From Opitutales bacterium (lineage in GTDB: Bacteria; Verrucomicrobiota; Verrucomicrobiia; Opitutales; UBA2987), in the NCBI GenBank assembly GCA_965226885.1, contig CBDDEL010000017.1, forward strand, positions 831,739-895,738: DNA of 64,000 nucleotides, in the 5' to 3' direction. The first letter of the stretch is position 1. Each line of letters begins with the position of its first letter. The position numbers and the translations under genes are program-made. Below the pieces are notes generated by a model. It ran no database searches and had not been told where the DNA came from. It was given only the letters and a program-made list of their open reading frames with translations. Of this stretch, positions 54,873-64,000 are shown piece by piece.

Positions 54873-55444
54873 ATGTTTTTGTAAAATCGCGTTGCTCTGC
54901 AGCCTGATGGCGTAGGAAAAGTTCTCTTGCTCAAGGTAACTGTAGAGGTCCGAATTGGCGAAGGCGGCGTCACCTCGGAAAAATTGTTTCAGGGGACAGT
55001 CACGATAGCGGGTAACGACCGGTTGGAGCACCGACCACCAATCGTCGGCACTGTGCACGTTGCCTTTACGCAGGTTGGCCCGTTCCAGATCACCAAATTG
55101 GTTGAAGCAGAACAGGGGATGGTAGCAGGTGCAGCCGAAATGACCGTTGAAGGCCGAGCCTTCCTGCTTTCCGTAAGTCGGGCTTTCCGAACTATCCATA
55201 TCGAGAATCAGTTTCTTCATCCCCACTCGCCTATTCACCTGGTCAATCCACTGACCGTTCATGTCCGTCAGTACGTTCAGATTCTCAGGCTTGGTTAACA
55301 TCTGTGTTTCAAAGCGGCTCATTTCACTGGGCGAAGCGGCCGGTTGCCAATCGGCACGACCCCCCACAATCTGCCTCATGACGGGATCAAATCGCAGTCG
55401 CTCCGCATCGTTCGTATCTTGTAGGTTGCCCCAGTATGATTGCC

Positions 55445-55724
55445 CAGCTTTTTGAGTCCTTCCGAGAATGGGTCCATATAACTCGTCGGAGGAAGGACTC
55501 GAAAAAGCTGTTGATCTGTGACAGCGTTAAAAATGCCAGGAGTATCCGGGTTGGTGATGGCCAACTCAGATATGCTTCAGATGAGATCAATTCGTGTCTT
55601 GAACCGATAGGTATCGAGTTCATTACAAAGCAGCGATCCTCCGAAGCTTCCTGGCTTAATATCAAACAGTTGACAGAGCCTCATGCAAGCATGTTGAGCT
55701 CACCTCTACAAGATCGATATAAGC
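55445..55724 (+). ncRNA. Predicted IS110 bridge RNA (5' hairpin, target-binding loop, donor-binding loop); ends approximate
   Basis: Stems CAGCTTTTTGAGTCCTTCC/GGAAGGACTCGAAAAAGCTG, GCCAGGA/TCCTGGC and GCTTAATATC/GATATAAGC; loop segments match the flanking target and donor. Confidence 0.8.
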
Positions 55725-55725
55725 C

Positions 55726-56959
55726 ATGAACCAAAAAAACAACAACATTATTGCCATTGACATCGCAAAACAGGATCTGGAAGTGCGCACGGATTTTGAA
55801 CGCTTCAAAGTATCCAACAATGTTCAAGGATTTGCTCAATTACTTAAACGCACGAGCAAACTCAATCATCCATTTGTAGTTTGTGAAGCTACAGGTGGAT
55901 ACGAACGCAACCTGATGGATTATCTTTATCAAAAAGATATTTCAGTAGCCTTGGTTAATCCCTCTCGTATTCGAGCCTTTGCTAAAAGTGAAGGGGTCAA
56001 AGCCAAAACGGACCCTATTGATTCCAAAATGATTCTTCTCTTTGCCCAGGAAAAGAACCTCAAGTCCACACCTCCTCCACCTCCTAAGCGCCAGCAAATG
56101 GCAGCTTTTATGGATCGCAGAAGTCATCTCACGGAGCAGCTCACTCGAGAGAAAAACCGAGCTCAAAACAGTTCCAAATGCATTGCAAAATCAATCCAAC
56201 GCATGATCGCCGCAATCCAAAAAGAACTCGCTCGCATTGAAACTCAAATTCGTGAGATCATCGAATCGGAGCCACAACTTAAAGATCAGGCCAACATCTT
56301 GCAATCAGTCCAAGGTATCGGAGAGGTGACCACATGGTCGATATTGTCCTACCTCAGTGAACTTGGACATCTCAAACGCAACCAGATTGTAGCTTTGGCT
56401 GGCATCGCGCCTTTCAACAAAGATACTGGTTCAATGAAGGGAAAACGATCTATCGAAGGAGGCCGCGCTAAGCTCAGAAAATGTCTCTATATGGAGGCTG
56501 TCCCAAAAACCCGAATTTTGCGAATTGAAATATTCGACTCCGAACTGTATGGGAACGTAAGTCATTCAATTCCGTCAAAAACGCTGTATAAGGCCTCTTT
56601 TCGTTATAAATATAATCGCGTCAGACAGAGGTCTATGGTAGAATTGTATTTGAATATGCAAAACAAGAGAAAGGCTGACGGTGTTATAGACATCGAAATT
56701 GCCCAAAATCCTCTAAAAACGGTCTTTATAACAGCTTTATAAACAAGTTAACTCACTGTAAAACAAATGGTTATAACTTTGGGACAGCCTCTATATGGCA
56801 GCTCAAAGTGCTGCCCGGCATAACCCGGTTATCAAGGAATATGTCCAAGGGCTGATTGATCGAGGAAAACCTTACAAATGCGCGATGGTAGCTGCCATGA
56901 GAAAACTACTCATACATTTACATATACTCATCAAAAACTATCAAATTTCCCTTGCATGA
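55726..56959 (+). pseudogene. IS110 DEDD recombinase interrupted by a MITE
   Basis: [49 protein letters not shown]...AAMRKLL. Confidence 0.9.
56494..56791. mobile_element. 298-bp MITE, inverted copy
   Basis: TIR GAGGCTGTCCCAAA; TSD TATATG. Confidence 0.92.
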
Positions 56960-57494
56960 AGACACAGTTGCTTGTAACCCGCCAGGCGGCTAAAGATAGA
57001 CTGGCGAAGCAGAGCGGCTCTGCCGTGCTGGATATTTTTGCCCGTGCGCTCCTCCACCACATTTTCGCTTCCAATCGCCGTCAGTCCCAAAACTTCATCG
57101 AGTTCCCGGTAGAGTAACAATCCTGCATCACTGGTAACCTTCGCACCGTGGAACTCCAACTTGATTCGGCGGTTAAATTGAACCCGAAAACTGCTCTTTT
57201 TTGCGTCACCCATTGGATTTTAAGAATTTGCTCGCTATAAGTATATTTAAGTAACTTATTATTAAACACATAGCGCTTATTTCAAGCCAATTTTCTTATG
57301 ATGAAATGGGAAATAAGGGTTGTAATTTGGTCATATTCATGAAATTGAACGATAGGAAACTTATTCTTATCGCAGTTTAATAGTTACCAGCCTGTCGAAA
57401 TGATCTCTCGCGAATCTACCCTCCCACAAACATAATTCACTCGTCACCAGGAAATTACAAATCGGCTTCGCCGTTAATCCTGAAATACCAGCGG

Positions 57495-58373
57495 ATGCCT
57501 CAAGCTCTTATTCTTTGCATCGGGGGCCTGCTCGCAGCGCCTCTCATCGGTAGCAACGAACCTTCGCAGCCTTCTGCCCTCCTCGCCGAACAGCACGAAG
57601 GCGAGCGTTACAAAGAAGAGCTTCAGCAGGGTTGGGTATTTTTCAAACAGAGCCAGATCGACCGGGCTATAGAGGCCTTCAAGCAAATCCTCGAGCAGCC
57701 GGATGCTACGGAAAAGGATCGAACCCAAGCACTTTTTGGATTGGGCCTTTCCTATCGTTTTGACCGCCCTGTCCCTCAAAAGGGCGAGGCCCGATCCGTA
57801 TTCCAAAAGCTGCGCCAGAATTACCCAACCCACCCCCTCGCTCCATGGGCGCTGATGGAGCTCGGAAGCCTGGAACATCAGCGTGTGTCCGGAGGCGAGG
57901 AAGAGGCTCGCCGCTATTTTCAAAGGGTCGTCGATGAATATCCGGAAAGCCTGGCGATCCATGAGGCGGTGTTAAGTATCGTAAACACCTATCTGTATGA
58001 GACGACGCAAGCCTCCGTCCGGAAGGCAATGGATATTCTGGAAGCGCACCTGAAGGCCTATCCCAATAACCCTCTGAATACCGTAAGGCATTTTCGAGCC
58101 GACTACACATGGTCGGACATTCTCTTGGATTACGAAAAAGCGCTTCCCCACGCCCTTGCCCTGGCAGAACAGAAGATGAGCGATCCCTTCCGGTGGAGCC
58201 GACACTACTGGCACGTCGCATCCATCTACCATCTCCGCCTTAAACAACCGGAAAAAGCCATCCCCTGGTATCAGTCGATTATCGAAGAAACCCCAGAGTC
58301 CCCCCATGTCTTCGCCGCGAAACAGATGGTGCAACAGCTGAAGCAGGAACACGCCTCGTCACCGGATCATTAA
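57495..58373 (+). CDS. Secreted tetratricopeptide-repeat protein
   Basis: Signal peptide; repeated A..F..L...YP....A helical motifs. Confidence 0.75.
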   Translation: MPQALILCIGGLLAAPLIGSNEPSQPSALLAEQHEGERYKEELQQGWVFFKQSQIDRAIEAFKQILEQPDATEKDRTQALFGLGLSYRFDRPVPQKGEARSVFQKLRQNYPTHPLAPWALMELGSLEHQRVSGGEEEARRYFQRVVDEYPESLAIHEAVLSIVNTYLYETTQASVRKAMDILEAHLKAYPNNPLNTVRHFRADYTWSDILLDYEKALPHALALAEQKMSDPFRWSRHYWHVASIYHLRLKQPEKAIPWYQSIIEETPESPHVFAAKQMVQQLKQEHASSPDH

Positions 58374-58422
58374 CGCGCGCGCTCCGAGATCGTCAATCAT
58401 CGCCAGGAAAACCCACATCGAC

Positions 58423-60116
58423 ATGGCAGAAAACACCAATTCGCAAAAGAAGGTCCGATTCCGGTGGGAAACCCTTTTTAAACGAGATCTGGCCGTTTGC
58501 ATTGTGCTCGGTCTCTATCTCATAAGTGTCTTCCATGTCGGCCGCCACGACCTCCGGGAAAAAGGTATCGGTTCTACGGCTTCCACAGTGGTTCGTGTAG
58601 CCCATAACCTCAGCGAAAAGAACGTCAATCGGGCCTTTCGCGAATTAGCCGCCCGCTATCACGAGCTCCACCCCGAAGTTGCCGTCTATATACAATCCAT
58701 TCCCCTGCGAGCCTACGAACAGTGGGTGACGACTCAACTGATGGGGGACACCGCCCCGGATCTCATCCTGCTCCTCGATCGGAGCGGAACCTGGTCCAAC
58801 CTGGCCCAGGAGCACCTGGTGGCACTCAGCCCGTACGTCCTTGCGCCCAACCCTTACAACCGGGATAACCCGCATAAGGGAACGCGGTGGAGGGAGACCT
58901 TTGTGGATAACATGGAAGGGGGCTACTTTTTGCACCTCATGGAGTTTTACGGCATACCGCTTACCCTGGATAGCGCCCGTGTATTTTATAATAAGGATTT
59001 GCTCAAATCCATTTACGGGAAGCGACCAACCTCCGGAAAACTTTCGAGAAATGATCCGCATGTTTCGCCAAATCGAGGCCTACGCAGAAGGAAGGGAGGA
59101 AACCCTGTACCCTATCGCCGTATCCCAAACCGATGTAAGGACCTTGTATGATCGGTATTTTCCGACGTTGAATGCGAAACATGATGGACAGGTTCAGCTC
59201 GTTGATGTGGGGAACCCCTGCCAATCCGCTCTACGAAACGTTTGGCGGGAAATTCGACTACAAAGAGCCAGGAATTCGCAAGGGATTCGAGCTCTTAAAG
59301 ACCCTCGCACAGTTTTTCCAGCCGAGTTTTATCATCGACCAGGGGGCACAGATTCGTTTCCTCTTCTTCCAGGGAAAGGCCGTGATGGTTATCGGAAATA
59401 CGCGGGACCAGGGGGTTTACGATGCCTATGCCGGATTTGAGGTGGGCGTCATGGAATTTCCGGAGGTGGACTATGACGATCCTGAATACGGGGAATACTA
59501 CGACGGTCCGGTGGCGGATAGTCTGCTTGCCACTTTTACTTTCGGGCTCACCCGCACCTCAAGAAACCAGGTGGAAGCGCTAGATTTTATGAGATTCTGC
59601 ACCTCCGTGGAACACAACGAGTGGTTTTGCAAGAGTCTGGGATGGTATCCCGCTGTCGAGTACGCCAAACGCGCACCTGGACTTGAGGTCTTTCGCCCGC
59701 GGGTCGAAGGGGTCACCGGCTACCCAGTACTTAGCACCAGCTCCGGATCAGTCAGCCTTTATTTCGAGCAAACACTTCCCCTCTACATCGATGGCCAGAT
59801 CGATTTCGACGCCTTCATGGACAACCTGAAATCCCTCGTTCTTTCCCATGGGGCCGAGGATCAAAAGCGCAAGATTCGGGGATGGGTAAAGAACCAACAT
59901 CTTACCGAGTTCAACGTGGCGCGGGCGAAGGCGAAGATGCTTTTTCAGGAAGCGGGCACGCTGGAGGCGGGTCGGCTCATGGGGCATCGGACACCCTATC
60001 ATCTTGGATTGGAAATCCTGCATCTCTTGGACCACGGTAATACGAGCAGACTCTTTAAGATAAAGGAATATGAACAGACAGGAACGCTGACGCTTCCTGA
60101 AGCCCCCAACCCATAA
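58423..60116 (+). pseudogene. ABC-type sugar-binding protein with N-terminal TM segment; frameshifts near 59015 and 59175
   Basis: TQLMGDTAPDL, YGIP...VFYNKDL, FFQGKAVM across three frames. Confidence 0.75.
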
Positions 60117-60130
60117 ATAGGATCCATCAC

Positions 60131-61502
60131 ATGGCTAATAGACCGAACATCGTTTTCATCCTTTCCGACGATCAGGGTTACGGTGATCTGGGGGTATACG
60201 GCAACCCCGACATCGACACGCCGCATCTGGACGAAATCGCCCGGCTGGGTATCCGTTTGGACCAGCACTACTCTGGGGCACCTCTGTGCGCGCCCGCCAG
60301 GGCGGCGCTCCTCACCGGCCGATATCACCACCGCACGGGTGCACTCAGCGTGGAACCGAATCGCGGCATGGACCGAATTGCCTTGCGGGAGACAACCATC
60401 GCAGATCTTTTCAAGGCCGCCGGGTACGCGACCGGCATGGTTGGCAAGTGGCACAATGGGCTCTTCGACCTGCGTTACCACCCACGGGCACGCGGGTTTG
60501 ACGAGTTCGTCGGCTTCCTTAACGGCGGTATGTACTACTGGAATTGGATCCTCGACCGAGGCGGGACGCCGTGGCGTTCTGACGGCAGGTATCTCACCGA
60601 CGTGTTCACCGACGAGGCCGTCGCCTTCTTGAGACGCCACCGCTCAGGAGCCGTTCTTTCTCTACTTGGCATATAACGCACCGCACCTCCCGCTCGAGGC
60701 TCCGCAGGAGGACGTCCGCCCCTTCGCGGAAAAAGGGACGTTCACCGAGACTGTGAGCATCCTCTACGGCATGATTCGGAAGATGGACGCCGGCGTCGGG
60801 CGCATCACGGAGACACTCGACGCGCTGGGGCTGGCAGAGAACACGATTCTCGTGTTCACCAGCGACAACGGGCCGCTGCTCAACGGAGACTTCCGGCGCT
60901 ATAACGGGCCGTTTCGCGGCATGAAGAACTTGGTGCTCGAGGGGGGCATCCGGGTACCCGCGATGGTCCGCTGGCCCGCCGGACTTCCCGGCGGCCGGGA
61001 GTTCGGCGGGATGGCACACTTCACCGACTGGCTGCCCACGCTGCTGGCAGCATGCGGTGTGGCGGAGCGGCCCGAGCTGCCCTTGGACGGGCTCGACCTC
61101 CTGCCGGCCCTTAGGGGCGACACCAAGGGCGACCTGCACACGAAGCTGTTCTGGCAGCACAACCGCAACCAGCCGGTACGTAACTGCAATGCAGCGATGC
61201 GAGACGGCGACTGGAAGCTGGCGTGGCCCTACCTGCCGGAGGCGCGCTACAAAACTGACGAGGACACCTGGTGGCATCAACGGATGTTCGACGAACCCCA
61301 TTTCACCATGGAGATCGAGCAGACCATGCTCCAGCGCGAGGTGCCGACTCCCGACCGGCCGGAGCTCTTCAACCTGGCCAATGATCCCTGCGAGGAGATC
61401 GACCTTTCCGAGCAGCATCCCGAGCGTCGCGCTCGCATGGAGCGCGAGCTGGAGAACTGGTTCGCCGCCGTCGAGGCGGACCGCCGCAGTATCGTATGGT
61501 GA
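60131..61502 (+). pseudogene. Cys-type sulfatase, frameshifted near 60645
   Basis: RPNIVFILSDDQGYGD, CAPARAALLTGR, GKWH, FTSDNG, EGGIRVP. Confidence 0.88.
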
Positions 61503-61523
61503 GCTCTATGGGCAGGAAAATCC

Positions 61524-62450
61524 ATGAATGAAATAACGACAAGGACTGCTATTGCATTCAATAATCAAATCGCGCGTGTGATACCGCAAGTTGATGCGAT
61601 ACAACTGAAAAACGTCCGGTTAATCTTGGATACGTTTAATATCCATCCGCAATTATTTAGAAGAGGTGAAAGACAAAGAACGCATTCACATAGGGAAACG
61701 CAGTATCAAATCATACTAAACGGAAAATTCGAGTTTAACACGGCCAACCAGAAAAACATACTGCAGCCACATGAAGTATTCATAACTGCTCCGCATGTAG
61801 AGCACTCCTGGTGCTGTTTAGAGAAAGGACGTCTATTGGGTGGAAAAATCTTCGTCGGAGGCGAAGACAGGACGAAATTCCTAGACCATTTGAGGGCAAA
61901 TGTTGACGGAGGTTATCTTAAAATAAAGCTGAGCTACTACAATGACATCATTCAGTTTTTGTTTGACGGAATGATGCCGGGCAAGTATATCAATAGTGAA
62001 GTCATTCCCCATATGCTTTACATGATAATGTGGGGAATGATCGTCAGTGTTCCCGGTATCAAGGTATTCAGAAATGAAGATGCTCCTTATGACCCGAGCA
62101 AATCAAGGCATTTCAGCATTATTGAGGAAGCGAAGAATTTCATCAATGATAATATATCTAAGAATTTGAGCGTCAGTGATCTATCAAAACACGTACATGT
62201 TGGTGAGAGACAACTGAATAGAATTTTTAGAGAGTTAGAAGATATACCTATTCACAGATTTATTCTCCAACATCGGCTCAAGATGGTTAAAAAGCTGATC
62301 ACAGAGGACCCTCATTGTTCTATCAAGACCATCGCTTACGAATCAGGTTTCTCAAGTGCGGCGCACCTGAGCCAAAGATTCAAGAAGGAATTTGATATAC
62401 GGCCAAGTGAATTTAGGAAACATGTAATAACACGCGGTAGTAGAGCATAG
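61524..62450 (+). CDS. AraC-family regulator with cupin sensor domain
   Basis: HSH cupin motif; RQLNRIF...IAYESGFSSAAHLSQRFKK. Confidence 0.9.
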   Translation: MNEITTRTAIAFNNQIARVIPQVDAIQLKNVRLILDTFNIHPQLFRRGERQRTHSHRETQYQIILNGKFEFNTANQKNILQPHEVFITAPHVEHSWCCLEKGRLLGGKIFVGGEDRTKFLDHLRANVDGGYLKIKLSYYNDIIQFLFDGMMPGKYINSEVIPHMLYMIMWGMIVSVPGIKVFRNEDAPYDPSKSRHFSIIEEAKNFINDNISKNLSVSDLSKHVHVGERQLNRIFRELEDIPIHRFILQHRLKMVKKLITEDPHCSIKTIAYESGFSSAAHLSQRFKKEFDIRPSEFRKHVITRGSRA

Positions 62451-62751
62451 CTCTCTCAAACTTGAAGACACGCTTAACTGCCGACGGGATTTTTTGGGTT
62501 TTCTTACAATTGCACTGGTTCATCCCCTGTCCCGGCAGGCAGGGACAGGGTTTCGAAAAAACACCTCGTAGGACGACAGGCGATCCTGAAGGGCGAAAAG
62601 CCGTAGATTCCCCGCAGTCCCGGCGCGCCGGGACGGGCAGTAGGCTTTTTGAGGCTGTCGTTCAGTTCCGGTGACAATGTCTGGAAATTGCAACAATCTG
62701 TCTGATCGCTCGCCTTTGTGGTGCGCGGTCGGGTGGCAGGATGGTAATGTA

Positions 62752-63049
62752 GAGGCTGTCCCAAAGTTATAACCATTTGTTTTAAAGTAAGTTAACTTGT
62801 TTATAAAGCTGTCATAAAGACCGTTTTTAGGGGATTTTGGGCAATTTCGATGTCTATAACACCGTCAGCCTTTCTCTTGTTTTGCATATTCAAATACAAT
62901 TCTACCATAGACCTCTGTCTGACGCGATTATATTTATAACGAATAGAGGCCTTATACAGCGTTTTTGACGGAATTGAATGACTTACGTTCCCTTACAGTT
63001 CGGAGTCGAATATCTCAATTCGCAAAATTCGGGTTTTTGGGACAGCCTC
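62752..63049. mobile_element. 298-bp MITE
   Basis: Same TIRs; TSD TAATGTA. Confidence 0.92.
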
Positions 63050-63056
63050 TAATGTA

Positions 63057-64000
63057 GTCGATCTTGAAAAAGTGGGTTTTCGGCTCAATTCAAGATAATT
63101 GGAGGCAATTAAATTGAAAGAGTAAACCGTTGCTTGATGTTTGGCAAAGCCGTTTACGCATATTAAGACCCTTTGAACGCCATTCGGCCCTGTTGGCCCT
63201 GTTGGCCAATACCATAGAGCTCCATAAACAGCGCAAAAAAATGAGCAATGTGAGGATTTTGCTCAGATTCATGCCAGCCGCTGCCAATATTGCATTGAAC
63301 TTGTCGCCTTCTATTCCTTTGAGGTAATTGCATCCCATGCGATGCTCTTTCTTTGCGTGACCGATTATCGGTTCAATCGCACTGCGACGTTTCATCCAGT
63401 AACGCAACGCTTTGGGGATTTTCTTGCGATAGCGGTTGGCCACCACAATCTGGCACGGGCCGCCGTAATCGTTTCCACGATAGCCCAAGTCCACGGTGGC
63501 CTGAAGCGGGCTTATCCCGCTTCAGGCGCTCGACTTGATCAAGGGTCTTCCCCAGGGTGTGCCCATCCCAGGGATTCTGATGCAATGCCAGCGAACCGAT
63601 GACCCAGTTGCCCTTGGCTGTCGTGGCCAAACTTACCTTACACCCAAACTCGTAAGGTTTATGCGGCTTGCCCTTGGCAATGCATTCTACCAGCGGTTGG
63701 TGGATACTGTAGAGTTTATTTTTGTCGTGGCGCTGTTGGACCAGCAAGCGTTCGGCCAACTCCAGCAACCCCTTCATCTTTTCACTTATGCTGGACCCCT
63801 TACGCTGGATATCCCGCACCACTCGGCCCAATATCCCCTTCAGTTTTTTGGTTTCTTTACGAGCTCGTTTCATCTGCTTGGCCCGTGCGTATCCACTCTG
63901 GCGGTGAAGGTGTTTCTTCGCTACCCGATTATAACCTTGGCGCAAAGCGATCCCTTCCTTTTTGGCCTCCTTGACTAATCTCTCTCGCATCCGCTCATAC
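63057..64000 (-). mobile_element. IS5-family element, copy 2 (continues beyond the window)
   Basis: Near-identical to 5527 onward, including the same frameshift. Confidence 0.88.

Larger units (their letters stand above)
55420..56972 (+). mobile_element. IS110-family element (IS621-like), CT core
   Basis: No TIR; CT core at 55418-55419 and 56971-56972; long 5' non-coding region. Confidence 0.88.
52865..57319 (-). mobile_element. IS1380-family element (transposase 52964..57213) interrupted by IS3 and IS110; boundaries approximate
   Basis: VTSDAGLL, RLAGY..ND, LDMDSS, FRGDAAF, YNHRGTAEQWIKEGK. Confidence 0.85.

Noticed and set aside
62520..62665. GC-rich hairpins downstream of araC as a riboswitch or ncRNA
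   Set aside because: No recognisable family motif; could be a degenerate MITE or terminator, and cannot be supported without a covariance search.

Overview
Bacterial genomic window, most consistent with Verrucomicrobiota/Opitutales (inferred from the protein families and the Trp-rich C-terminal domains), undergoing heavy IS expansion and gene decay. It contains: (1) catabolic genes (SDR, 2-hydroxyacid dehydrogenase, KGSA-type ALDH) and a type II TA pair; (2) an IS pile-up at 5.5-12.6 kb; (3) an apparently intact TonB-dependent receptor / lamin-tail protein / metallophosphoesterase / PHP / beta-propeller cluster, followed by a class II aldolase and a CbbY-like HAD; (4) a decayed Tn7-like transposon (tnsABCD plus a divergent HTH gene) whose right end sits 10 bp from the left end of a second Tn7-like element; (5) carbohydrate cargo (GH29 fucosidase, ALDH, TPR protein, sugar-binding protein, sulfatase, AraC), much of it pseudogenised and interleaved with nested IS. 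Highlights: an IS621-like IS110 element whose bridge RNA guides (LTG, RTG, LDG, RDG), CT core and circle-junction promoter can be read directly from the sequence, inserted in an IS1380 transposase; a 298-bp MITE sharing ends with a 1824-bp IS, including a MITE-IS fusion that transposed as a unit; and a conserved Trp-rich C-terminal domain on three unrelated secreted proteins, a candidate sorting or anchoring signal. No CRISPR array, cas gene, rRNA or tRNA was seen. All calls are by eye, with no database searches.
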